64,000 bases of DNA from Eledone cirrhosa. Its lineage: Eukaryota. How positions within the stretch are numbered: position 1 is the first letter of the stretch; each line of letters opens with the position of its first letter. The notes beneath the pieces are model-generated. The model saw only the letters and a list, made by a program, of their open reading frames with translations, was not told where the DNA came from and ran no database searches. A program made the position numbers and the translations under genes. Of this stretch, positions 27,053-39,049 are shown piece by piece. The stretch spans positions 230,826,001-230,890,000 of the forward strand of contig OZ024741.1 in assembly GCA_964016885.1 (NCBI GenBank). Reading direction: 5' to 3'.

Positions 27053-28081
27053 GGACAATGTTTGTCTGTCTTCAGCCCTTTCAACATGGTCCACCACACA
27101 ACTTCTTTCGCTACTGCCAACATGCAGAGGAAAATTTCCTGCCCTTTCCGGCCCGAGGCAGGGCGATCTTCAGTATGGGCTCGGTATGGATCTTCAGTAT
27201 GTCTACATGCGACAACAGTTGTTCGACATACTTTTACAAGTCAGTAATGTACGGATATTGGACGAGTGCGTGCATAATGGTTTCGTCGCTTTGCGCGCAT
27301 CTCCGGAAGGTCAGTCTGACAGCACTTCCGTGCCTGTAGAGTTTATCTTGAACCACCACTGCCTGCCGGTAGCACTGCCAAGCAAGGGAATTCTGGAAAC
27401 TATTGATAGTCCTCGGTTCGAAATACCTCTGTAACAGAATGGTCAGTTCGAATTCATCGACGCCCACAGCCTCTCCGAGTTCATCGTCGCACTTGCCCAC
27501 TACTAATCCTCTCTAGAACTTGAGAGTGGAATTTCCACTGACTGCATTGCCCATCTGGCAGAGAGCAGAGTGCGCCTGGCAACATTTCATATGCCAAGTG
27601 CCAAGTCTCTTTCTCTTGTTGATCCAGGGCTGCAGCTTAGTCAAAGAGATGTGTTGCGAAACGGCCTGTCTCAGAAATGCAACCACACGTGATCATCATT
27701 TAGGCAGAATATGGAGATGCCGCAGCCATAGCGCATGTTTACGCCTCAATAGACACAGCATGCCCATTCCTCCACGTAGAGGGTGCTGGAAGAAGGTGGA
27801 CCACCTCACCAACGGAATCTGTCTCCTCAAATATGAGTTGAAGAGAAGCCGTTCCAATTTGGTGAAGCGCGAACGGGAGTAAGGCACGACGGTCAGGAGG
27901 TAGTAGATGATGGACTAGTTGTACGCGTTCTCGACCTCCTCCCGACCTTTAAGAGAAAGCTGCCTGTCGGCCCATTTCTGGGTGACAGTGGTCTACCCTG
28001 TTCCGAAACTCGTCCCAAATCTTATCCAACTGAATGTTTGCTCCGAACCAGAACCCGAGCAACTTTACTGGTCAGTCCGTC
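27053..28081 (-). mobile_element. L1/Tx1-clade LINE copy H, 3' part
   Basis: A-like ORF2 (LERLLF, LAWQCYR, DKLYRHG, KEVVWW). It continues at 32509 after the inserted block. Confidence 0.85.
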
Positions 28082-29345
28082 AACTACCGTCAACTCTTCT
28101 ATGATAAACGGTATTGTAAATGCAAAATCCGCAGTGTATTTTCTGCGGTTTAATATAATCTTATTCCCTCTCTTTCCATCCTTTCCATTCTCTAGCAATT
28201 GGTTGGCAACTCGGTTGGCAGTGACAATTGGGGGTTGAATGGCTGCTCTAGGATACCCACGTAACTTGTGAATAAGTGTCCAAGCTTTCTTGATGTTTTT
28301 TGACATGTTTATACACTCAATAATAGCATTCCAAGGTCTTGTTTCGCTCTTGGGCAATGCTTTCTATCACCTTCGCGCCTTGCGCAGTTGTTTCTTCTGC
28401 TTCAAACATACTTTAATAGTTGGCATAGAATTATGTACATTCCTTTGAAAGTCCAGGTATATTTTTAACTCGTGGGATGTTTCCGAGCAGTTTTCAACAC
28501 AAGGTTAACACATATGTTGTAGTTATAGTTTGTTGTTTTTTTATGTTTGAGCTCTTCCAGCACGTTGGTGAACACTTTTCAGTCTGCTTTCTTGTAGTTA
28601 AAGCCCCTCTCAAAAGGCACGATGGTATGAACTTCAGCTACATTCATTAGGCTCCCAAGTAGAGGATGTTGGCTTAATGGAATAGTATCTAGCACAGTTT
28701 TTTACTCACGCTAGCAATGTTGCTTGTGACCATGGTGAGATCTGGTTTATAGCCACGTTTTCAACGAGCACTGAAAAATAGGTGTGGTAGCTTGGGTTCA
28801 TGGATAAGGCTCAGTTGATTAGTATCCATCCTGTCTTCTACTTCAATAGCCCCACTGGGTACTGTGGCTATTGAAGTGGCAGATTGGGGATTGGCTTGGA
28901 AAACAAAGTTTACAGGTTGTAGTTTATATACAGATGTTACTACTAGACTGCTGAGCTCAACGGATAAAACTTCGATGTCATGAACATCTGACATCTCCGT
29001 TTACGACATAGCTAAGCCTGTTTTTGCAAACATAGAACTAACTTATGCTGATGGGAACTCTTAATGGCCAGGACCATTCCAGGTATGGTGGGACGGTTGT
29101 TTTCACGCCTTCTGTGTGTTTCCTGCAAACATAGAATGCCACAGTGTTGGTTGCTGCATGGGTCGGCCAAACTGTTTTGCCTTGTAGAGGAGAGACCTTC
29201 AATATACACAGATATGACTGTCAATGCCAGTCTTGAGAAAGTCCCTACTTTCTGACATCAACCTTTGTGTCTATCTCCAGGTATGGGTTTTACTTGGTGC
29301 TCCGTAGCTTTGTGGCTTGCAGCTTTCAGCTTGTAGCTTATAACT
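28082..29345 (-). mobile_element. Daphne-like (CR1/L2 group) LINE, inverted 5' part (APE endonuclease and linker)
   Basis: Motifs IEGLSS...GILCLQETHR...PTIPGM, VVTSVYK, LSLIHEPKLP...SAR and KKAWTLIHKL...VTANRVANQLLENG...PFIIEEL. Confidence 0.7.
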
Positions 29346-30192
29346 GTTTCTTGTGTTGGTGATAAGATTAGCCGTATCCTATCAATACTCCTATTGCAGT
29401 GGAGTGGACGCTCCTACCTTGACCCATCCGCTGCTAAGTACTTTAGACCACACCCACAAGCTCTTTGAATGCTCAACAGAATTGGCCCCTCTGTGGACGA
29501 ACACCACAACTCTGAACAAGCAGGGATTTGCCTCGGCAAGTCGATAACTAGCCTAGTACTCAACATCGCCCAGTACATCGAGGACCGCGATGAGGAAGGG
29601 ATGGTAACCGGTGTGATGTTTGTCGACCTCTCAGCTGCTTATGACACATTCAAGCACAGACGTCTCCTTAACAAGATCCTGGAGACCAACAGAGACACCT
29701 GCCTAACGGAGTTGACTGAAATCATGCTTAAAATCAGGTACTTCTTTGTTGAGCTAGTAGGGAGAATAGCAAATGGCGAAAACTAGAGAATGGCCTTCCA
29801 CAGGACGTGTGCTTTCACCACATCTCTTCAACATCTATAGCAACGACCAACCAAAAAGTGCTGATACCCGCCGCTTCCTCTATGCAGATGATCTTGGCAT
29901 AGGTTCACAAGACACTGATTTCAAAGTTGTGGAAGATAGACTCTCAAATGCTCTGGAAGAGCTACCATATTATTATGAAGAGAACCATCTGCCTGCAAAT
30001 CCATCCAAGACGCAGCTCTGTGCCTTCCACTTGTGAAACTGTGAAGCCAATCGCCAACTGATGGTCAACTGGTCAGGAACCTCCCTTGAACACTGAGAGC
30101 ACCATGTCTATCAAGGTGTAAACTTGGACAGGTGTCTCTCTTAAGATACACATTGAGAAGACCAAGTGCAAAGTAAATGCAAAGAACAGCAT

Positions 30193-30821
30193 TAGGGTAG
30201 AACACGGCATAGACGATGACAGAAGCAACGACAACAACGGCAACAGCATCTGGATAACAATAAGCCGGTTAACCTTATTTGGAATAAAGAAGAAAAATAA
30301 TTAAAATAAGAGAAAGGGATAAAAAGAGGAACATGTCTAAGCAGTATATCCCAGCTGCACCTTGCGGACGAGATGGCGAAAACATTGGCACGGCGAGCAG
30401 ACAGCAACAACATTTTGAACCGTATCAGTAGCGCAACTAGTGGACTTTGAAAGAAAACCTGCATTATGACTGCTTTCTCGATTGGGAATCAGTGAATTAG
30501 TGTTTGATAGCAACAAACTGACAGAACACCACCGGCAGCAGCAGAAGTGGCAGCGACGACGACGGCAACGGCAGTGTATACATGGTAGAGAGATGGGTTT
30601 TTGAATGACGTCATTTTTCTTGGGGGACGTTTTGCTAAATGCAAAGTTCAAATTGGATTTCGCCCAGGAAGGCTAAATAACAATTAATTTCGACCACTTC
30701 AAGAGAAACCGGGTGTGTTTACAAACAAAACAATATAATTTTTTTAAAAATACGTTCGCAATTGAACTGTACAACAATCGCAAACTTACGGGAAGAAAAA
30801 TTCTTGCGACGTGTATACTTC
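30193..30821 (-). mobile_element. Probable 5' UTR and ORF1-start fragment of another Tx1-like LINE
   Basis: Begins next to AATAATAAT (30824-30833) like copies B, C and E. CTTCCCGTAAGT resembles CTCCCAGTAAGT of copy E. A low-complexity reading frame follows. Confidence 0.4.
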
Positions 30822-31040
30822 CACAATAATAATCCAGCTGTCAGCGACGAGTCTCGCTTTCCTTTTCGTCCTTTTCCTTTTCCTTTTCGTCAGCGCCACA
30901 CAGTAAATGTCAGGCGAAGACCATTTCGTTCTCTTCGTCATCAAGCAGCAGTCGAGAAGTGGATGGTGTTGATGCATTTAACAACAATAGAGGTAGCATC
31001 AGCGGCGGCAGCGCTATTGACAATAACACCTGTGGTGACA

Positions 31041-31137
31041 GAGCTCAAACCAGAATCCGGAACCTACTGGTGTAGCGACCTTCGTGGACTTCCGGTGTGC
31101 TCGGTCGGATGCCCGAAAGGATATCTGTCAAATTCGG
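31041..31137 (+). ncRNA. Candidate HDV-like ribozyme with expanded L3
   Basis: Helix order by eye: P1 GAGCTCA/TGTGCTC, P2 CAGAAT/ATTCGG, P3 CCGGAA/TTCCGG, J1/4 GG, P4 hairpin with CGAAA loop, and J4/2 C31129-AA. It sits at the element 5' end. Confidence 0.35.
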
Positions 31138-31716
31138 ATCTGTATACACCCAGAGATGCGACGTGGGAGACACGTGTTTTTTTTTGTTTTTGTCTTTTTC
31201 GACGATCGGGGCTGTAAGACCCGCCTTATATCTCCGGAAGTTACTTCTCATGGCGGGTGATGTCGAGTCGAACCCTCGCCCATCCTGCGCGGGATGTTCC
31301 TAGACGATCCGACAAGACTTCGTGCCCATTTCCTGCTCGACTTGCCGACGTATCTTCCACAGGATCTGCAGCGGCCTGACTCGAATACAGAAAAAGAGTC
31401 CTCAAGACTTAGTGTGTGGCGTCTGTCGGGGGAATAATGTCGTGCCTACCATCTGTCCTGCAGCGATCTCCATTCACCGATGTCAAATCTGCCATACAAA
31501 AATTCGTTCAGACAACACGCCCCCCCCCCTCTCTTTTGCTCTACATGTCCTCTGCGGTGAAGAGGTGGAGTCGTCTGAACACCTCTGATTACGATGCCCT
31601 GCATTGGTGATCGAGAGATAGCATCACCAACTCGACACATCCTTAGAAGAATTAGTCCGGCTCTCTAGCGCTTCTGATGAGGATCCTCAGGCGCCTGAGA
31701 TGAATCAAAACAAATA
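31041..31716 (+). mobile_element. Internally deleted Ingi/Vingi-like non-LTR element
   Basis: 2A-like LRKLLLMAGDVESNPRP followed by PHD-like C..C...CSTCRRIFHRICSGL...CGVC. This is fused to the C-terminal CGEEVESSEHL.LRCPAL...LEELVR...LMRILRRLR* and a CAA-rich tail. Confidence 0.7.
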
Positions 31717-32508
31717 AACAGCATCACCCAGAAGCTCACTGGTACAACTTAGGGCGCATAGCCAAACTCTGAATTCAACTGCACTTGATCTCTGCTACTC
31801 AGCTGCCGAGTATCCAAGCCCGGTATGGGAGCGAGTTGTCCATACTCAGACGCTAGATCCCGCCATCAATGCTAGCTGTCGCCTCCTCAGAGGCTGATTG
31901 AAATATACACCTACGGAGCGTCTGCTTATCCTGGCAGGTATAGCCCCACATGGGATACGACGAAGTGCAACAAACAACAAAGAGCGTCAACAACAGACTA
32001 CAGATCAACAACATCATCTCTTCGGACATGTGCTAGCCAAGAGCCCCCTTAAATCTAGGAAATGTTTTCTAAAGTGCCTCACACACCTTGGAACATCAAG
32101 CATAAGCAGTCACTCGCCGGGAAGATGACCTTAACAACCTTCCATCTATAACAACAATGGAGCTAAAGGCGATCGAGTTACTAAACCCCCCCCCCCCCCC
32201 CCCGAGCAGATACAAACTATGCAGCGTGGAAATGCCTCAACCGATTAAGATCAGGTCTTGGTCGTGCAAAACCCAATCTGGCAAAATAGGGATATACTAA
32301 AGGATGGGGACATTGTGTGTGATTGCAGCATCGAAGCACAGATTGCGCAGCACATCCTGATATGCCGCCTCCTGCTGGAACACCCCTGCACACCAGTGGA
32401 CTTGACCGAGTTTAATGAGAAAGGAGAGCAATGTGTTCAGCTGTTGCAGAACCACATCTAGCCAAGCTTTGTAGCCGACATCCTTGTGGACACGTTAAGA
32501 AGAAGAAA

Positions 32509-35500
32509 TGGCATGGAGTTGCCTCTCTAGGTGCTGATCTTTTCGGGTTTAGATTTCCTCACTTCAACCTTTCATATTCCTCCAAGAAGGTACCAGCCAC
32601 CACGATATCTGAGGTGTTCGACACCATTACAATGATGTCGTCCATATATGCCGACACAGCCTTTCCGCATTCCAATTTGAGCAGGGTCTCTTGAAACAGC
32701 TCCAAATTCCACTCTAAAAGCTCGAGAGTCAAAACGTACAAAAGGGAGGAGAAAGGGCACATCTGATGTACCGATAGGGAGATCTGAAACGGTTCCAAAA
32801 GATGGCAATTTACTTTGACCACCGTGCAGATGCCGCTGTGCATTCCAGTGACCCAGCTACTGAAGACGGGGCAGCCTCAAGATATCGTTGTTCGATGTTA
32901 TCGAAAGCTACCGATTGATTTAAAACAATCAGATCTCCACTGAAGCCAAGTTTTCACCCTACAGTCTCTATTTATCGCCTGAGGTGGACCTTGTCGTTAT
33001 GGAACTGGTCGGAAATGCGAAATATTTGCGCTTCCCTACTTGACTACAAGCACCAACCTCTTTGCTAACATCTTTGCCAACATTTTAAATTATGTGTTTA
33101 TATGCGTCACGGGCCTGAAATTGCCTAACTTATCCTTCTTGATCTTGTCTTTCCTTTTAAGCATCACCATGTGCCGGCTCACAAAACTGTGAATACTGCC
33201 AGTTGCAATAGAGAGATTCAACGAGATCTGCGAACAAGTCTGGAATATCTACGTAAAACTCGTAGGGCAGACCATCCAAAACGGGTAACTTACGCCTCGT
33301 GCAGCTGAGTAGAGCATCCCTAATCTCGGTAATAGTTTCGCCGCGTTCAGCTTCTGTTGGCGTGATACGTGGTAGGCCATCGAGGTAGGAACTGAAATCT
33401 ACTAGCGTCTCCTTTCCCCCGCCTTCCCTGATCAGTCGATGAAACAGCTTTCGTTCACTCGTTTCTCAGAACAATTGCCTAATATATGACTGCAACATTC
33501 GTGTTTCGCACTGAAGAAAAAGATCTGATGCAATTTTCGGCGTTACCACGTCAGTTGCAATACCACTATCAATAGCTTTCATCTAATTTAATTAACATCT
33601 CGCCCTACTTTCTTTTTTTTTGTAACACTATTTCTTTACTAAAGCCTATCGACATTACTCAAATATCTCTCCTGAGAGCCCCCCACCACCTGCTGTTGTC
33701 AACACTCCCCTGACAACTTAAAACTTAACTAAAGTGCTGACCCTGTCCCAGTAAACTTTCCGTTTCGGGAACGATATTTTCAACATCCAATAACCAGGTC
33801 GTAAACTGCTTGTCCTATCTAGGTTGACAATGCTGATCACAAATGTGAGATCTGAATAGACAAACTATACTATCCTTATCTATTGATCTAATAAATGTCA
33901 ATAACTATACGATCTAGATGACACTATGCAGATAGTCCAGCTCCACACTGGTGCATCAGGGAAATCTATTCGACAACTCTCAGACAGTTGGAATTGGCTG
34001 ATCAGGTACTTGAGAGTTTTGCATCTCCCGCTCATATCAGCTATTCCCAAACAATCCCAGCAGTAGTCAAAGATGGCGTGCGTTTCAGTTCCTCGCTAAC
34101 AGTAAAGGGCAAGACGTTCCCAGAAAGGCTTCCTGGTGGAATCTGTTCGTGCGGCCTCGATCTGGGGTGTAGATGGCTACGTGTATAAAGGCACCACATT
34201 CGGTATTGCCCACATGCATCACCTCCAACTTACCATCCAGGTCCAGGAAGGTCAAAGTTGCATCGAGATCCAGGCCTTTGTTAAACAGCACTGCCACCCA
34301 ACTCCTATTTCCGTTTGAGTAAGAGATGCGAAGATGAAAGAGGCGTCGAAAATGGGGACTAGTGCACACGTGTCCGAAATCCTGGTCTCGCTGACGCTAA
34401 CCTCATCCATATCTAATTATCGGAGGTCATTCAGCAAGCGACCCTGCTTTCCATGACAACCCTAAGCCACGAACATTTAAACATCTCACCCTTGAGATGG
34501 CCATGTTGGCAGGCTAATACAGAAAAGAAAAGTCTGCGTACATTGCTGGGGTTTGTTGAGCTTGTGTGGTTCGACCTCCTTGATAATTGTTGTTTCCTTT
34601 CGGAACACCTTTAAAAGCCGACTCGAAGCCTTACACACTTGTGTTTTCCACATCCACATCGTAGGGGAATCTGTCTCTATTGTTTTTATATATGTTTAAT
34701 GTCATCCGCACCAGCAGTAGTTTTTGGACACTTTGACGGTGCAAGGAATAAAAATCTCCCCTCTTTCTCTATATTTTGCCTTCCTGTTACAAGGGCATGC
34801 ATTTCTGTTGGCCCACTTTAGTAACAAGAACTTGGGTTTTTCTGTTGATGTTAATGCCAGAATGTAATTTCTTTTGTGGGTCGTAAGTAGCGATTGTGTG
34901 TGATGTTGGTGGTGGTTGTGCTTTTGTTGACAGTTCTGGTGTTGGTTTTGTTGTAGGTGTGACTGTGTTTGCTGTTCGTATGTTTTGTGTACTTGTAAGT
35001 GTGTGTGAAGATGTATTTTTCTTTTTGTGTTTTCGTTTTACTTTTTGTATTTTTGGGTTTCCACATCATCTTCACCTGTGGAAGGATTAGAGCCTGGTGA
35101 TTCTGTGCCTGAGGAGAGTGGTAGTGTGCTTACGGTTGTGTGAGTGTTGGTTTCTGTGCGTGTATGTTTGAAAGAGGCGGAGTGAGAGAGGAGGAAAGCT
35201 TCTTTGGGTGACTTCTTGCCTGGTTTTGGTGGTCCTTGTTGGCTCTATTGTTGTTGCTGCCGTTGGTAGACCTGGTAGTGCTAATTGTGTGGCCGTTGGT
35301 ATTGGAACTGGCATTGCTGGTAATGAGGGTTTTTATCCCGGCACTGGAGCTTGTAGCAGAGTTGGGTTGCGCACCTTTGCATTTTTGTGCAGAATGCAAA
35401 TGTGTTGTTTCCCCGGAAACGAAATAATGCGGCCTTTTGTCATCAATGGCAACCTATATCGTAGTCCCGTCTTGGAGGCAAATGATATCCAGGATTTTGT

Positions 35501-36295
35501 TAGTTATTCTGTTTGAGTTGGAGAAGGATCTACAAATCCATCCCGAAGCAGTTCATTCTGGCTCTTTTGGTTACATCGATGACAATTCCATCGGAACCCT
35601 CCTCGATTACACACACCAGGAGCCACCACTGCACCAATCCTGGCGGGATCCTCCTATTGTTGACTCGTACTGTCATCCTGCTCATGTGGGACATATGCAT
35701 CACAAGTGGTCCTTCTTACTGGGGGTCACAGAAAGCTTTATAGCAGGGACCTCGGATTTAAGCACTACCTAGATGGTAACAAATAGTTTCCCCTTTCTAT
35801 ATATCCTATATCCTCCCGGATGCATTTCAGTGCAGCTTCTACCTCAGCTTGTGGAGCCTGCTCCTCTTTGCATGTTCGCAACAAAATGCCCCTAAATATA
35901 ATGGTCTTCTACGGCATTTCCTTTATTGATTCGGTCGGGACGGTTAGGTTAACCCAGGTTTTGTCATATTTGATCAGCGTCCATGCCTTGTTCAAAGGTT
36001 GCTCTTTTTCTCTTTGTCGCAGCAGTGTGCTCTTCTTATTGTTGCCGCTGTTGGTAGTGTTGGTGATTTCATTGTTCTTTTTTATGTTGTTGTTGGTGTG
36101 CTGGTTATTTTTGTAGTTGTATTTGTTGTTGTTGTTTTTATAGCTGTTGTTGGTGCGGTTGTTGCTGCTGTTGTTTCTCTTGTTATTGTTTTTGCAATTG
36201 TATCTTGATATTTGTATTTTACCGCATAAAACGGGTTATTGATTTGGTAATTTTCCATGTCGGCTGCCTGTATACAGCCAACGTTCAACCCCCTC
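32509..36295 (-). mobile_element. L1/Tx1-clade LINE copy H, 5' part (ORF1, APE, RT; heavily decayed)
   Basis: AYMDD near 32640, APE remnants 33780-34504, ORF2 ATG ~34504, and ORF1 from ATG 36258 with a T-rich N-terminus. It resumes ~20 nt from where 28081 stops. Confidence 0.85.
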
Positions 36296-36299
36296 TGTG

Positions 36300-36414
<115 letters not shown>

Positions 36415-36929
36415 TAGCGTGAATCGTATTTCGGCTTAGGAATTAACGAAAAACAACTTCCGAGATGGGTGGCAAGCGCTCATTCAGACGAACCAGAGCT
36501 ACAACATACGTTAAAGGCCAAACACACTGAGACGATGGTTAAACAATCATCCGCACAGCCAAAGAAACGACCAAGTAATTCGGGTCAAACAAATAAAAAT
36601 ATATGTGATTGAAAAAAACACTTTCGGAGACAAATCGAGATTCCTCCATAATTCTTTTATAGTAAAAAATGGCGATCATTGAACACAACTAATACTATGA
36701 AAACTACGACTACAAAAACAAAAGTCAATAAAAAACAATTAAAGAAGCAACGATGATAACAACAGAGAGCCACCCAAAGAATGTTCATCGCAGAAGTTTC
36801 TATTTCATCTCTTAAATTCTCCGGGTGAAATAGGCTTGGGGTGGGGGCGGATGGCATGAAGATCCCTAGGTTAATTCAAGACGTGAAAGGTATCATCCAT
36901 GCAAAGCTTGGCTTGGACATAAGTCCTCA

Positions 36930-37570
36930 TTCTTTCACTTGCGGTACAGAATGGGAGTCTAAATACAGTAAAGGCGTGCACAGTTAAGACATGAGAGTAC
37001 TTAGGGGCAATTTGCCCTCAAATCAGATACAGTAATATGAGGCGAGAACGCAACAATCCTCTGGAATTTCCCTATTAATACTGACAGGGCAAACGAGGAC
37101 AACAGATCTGATATAATTGTGAAAGACCATAAAATGAAAACATGTTTATTAATTGACATAAGTAATCCATCAGATCGTAACACCTTATCGAAAGAGCTTG
37201 GAAAGATTGGTAATAATAAATATCTATCAATTGAAATTGAGAAAATGTGGTATCTCAAGGGCTGCACAATAACAGTGATAGTCAGCATATTTGGAACGAT
37301 AAAAACAGCACTGAACAATATTTGGAACGGGTATCTGGAAAGCCATCACTGTAAGAGATACAGAAAATAGTGCTGACTGGTACTGCCGATACCATAAAAA
37401 GTGCATTATCAATTAAAACACTTTGCAAGGACATTTACTTTTGGTTGTGCCCTTGTGGAAAATTGATTATAAAATATGTGTATTATCAAATATTGTCTCA
37501 GGTGCCATGTTGACACACGGCAGTATTTGAAAAGAAGCAGCACTCAACGGCAGTTTCAAATCATAATAAT
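36930..37570 (+). mobile_element. Old R4/Dong-clade LINE 3' fragment (different family)
   Basis: ILWNFPINTDR...NRSDIIVKDHKMKTCLLIDISNPSD...IEIEKMW...VIVSIFGTI, ending in ATAATAAT at ~37563. Confidence 0.75.
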
Positions 37571-37720
37571 ATTATATTTATATCTGTATCTATATCTATC
37601 TATGTATCTATCTATATATCTCTTTCTCTCTCTCTAAATATATTTATATATATATATATATATAAATGTAAGTATGCATGTATACGTACATACATATATG
37701 TATACAGACGTACAGTAGCA

Positions 37721-37766
<46 letters not shown>

Positions 37767-37915
37767 CAGGTACACATACATATATGCACATATCAGTTTA
37801 GCGGACGCTTATTATAACGCCGCTTTGTTCGTTTGTAAACAAACTGAGCAGCCTGAATTTATGCCATACGGTGTTAAGGCAACCACGTCACCTTTTTGTT
37901 CAACACTGACAAAGG

Positions 37916-37960
37916 AACGATGTACTAGTTTCAAGCTTGTTAGCTATCATCAGCACCGTT
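37916..37960 (-). ncRNA. Minimal type I hammerhead ribozyme
   Basis: Reverse complement of the 38358-38402 motif. Confidence 0.75.
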
Positions 37961-38357
37961 TACCCATCTGCCAGATAGTTGAACGTTCAAAAGTATATAC
38001 TTTCCTTATGAAAATTAACGGCTGAGCAGCCTAATTTGCATATTGAGTGTGTTAATTCGGTCAGGCATACCGAAAACGATAAATTGAAATAAAATGAAAA
38101 TGAAATTTCATTTCTCACTCTTAGAGTGGCACTTACTTAAATGTAAGTATGCATGTATACGTACATATATGTATACAGACGTACAGTAGCATATATAGAG
38201 TGAGAAATGAAATTTCATTTTCATTTTATTTCAATTTATCGTTTTCGGTATGCCTGACCGGTTTAACTCACTCAATATGCAAATTAGGCTGCTCAGCCGT
38301 TAATTTTCATAAGGAAAGTATATACTTTCGAACGTTCAACTATCTGGCAGATGGGTA

Positions 38358-38402
38358 AACGGTGCTGATGATAGCTAACAAGCTTGAAACTAGTACATCG
38401 TT
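38358..38402 (+). ncRNA. Minimal type I hammerhead ribozyme
   Basis: Stem I AACGGTG/CATCGTT, core CTGATGA, stem II AGCT-AACA-AGCT flanked by T..T, GAAA, palindromic stem III CTAG and a GUA cleavage triplet (after 38395). Confidence 0.75.
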
Positions 38403-38559
38403 CCTGTGTCAGTGTTGAACAAAAAGGTGACGTGGTTGCCTTAACACCGTATGGCATAAATTCAGGCTGTTCAGTTTGTTTACAAACGAACAAAGCGGCG
38501 TTATAATAAGCGTCCGCTAAACTGATACGTGCATATATGTATGTGTACCTGTATGCATA

Positions 38560-38633
<74 letters not shown>

Positions 38634-39049
38634 TGCTACTGTACGTCTGTATACATATATGTATGTACGTATACATGCATACTTACATTTAAGTAAGTGC
38701 CATACTAAGAGAGAGAAATGAAATTTCATTTTCATTTTATTTCAATTTATATATATATATATATATATATATTGGTTGTCCCGTCCGGCTGGCCCCCGGC
38801 TAGTTATACCGGCATTTTAACTTTTCAGGAATCCCTCCTACTCTCCAGTGCAAAGATACCGCACGCCTTCTCAAGTCACCGAAGGGGGGGGGGGGGGGGG
38901 GGGGGGCTAACGTGCTCTGATGTTGGGTTTGAATAATTTTTGGGATTACCCAGTTCAGGAACCAGTACGTTAAAGAAAATTGATAGTTACAACAATAAAG
39001 GCTGAATAGAGAACACATTTTTTAAGAAACAATAATTTGTACAACCATA

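Larger units (their letters stand above)
29395..32508 (+). mobile_element. Daphne-like LINE, RT and 3' part (interrupted at 30193-31716)
   Basis: Motifs EQAG, LNIAQYIED, FVDLSAAYDT, LFNIYSND and FLYADDL. After the insert come LCYSAAEY, WKCLNRLRSG and CDC...HILIC..CTPVDL, ending in an (AAG)n tail at ~32498-32508. Confidence 0.75.
37664..38748. repeat. ~475-bp unit arranged as a partial tandem plus an inverted partial tandem (large palindrome)
   Basis: 37664-38120 is the near-perfect reverse complement of 38197-38690. The unit start recurs at 38139, and 38712-38748 repeats the start of the right arm. Confidence 0.93.

Noticed and set aside
37678-38676. Duplicated 115-127-aa ORFs with YIYI runs (and similar ORFs elsewhere)
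   Set aside because: Artefacts of (AT)n microsatellites and the inverted repeat.
38772-38805. GC-rich hairpin plus CTAG as the terminus of the 39-kb Helitron fragment
   Set aside because: It reads as a plus-strand end whereas the coding fragment is on the minus strand, so the two cannot be linked confidently.
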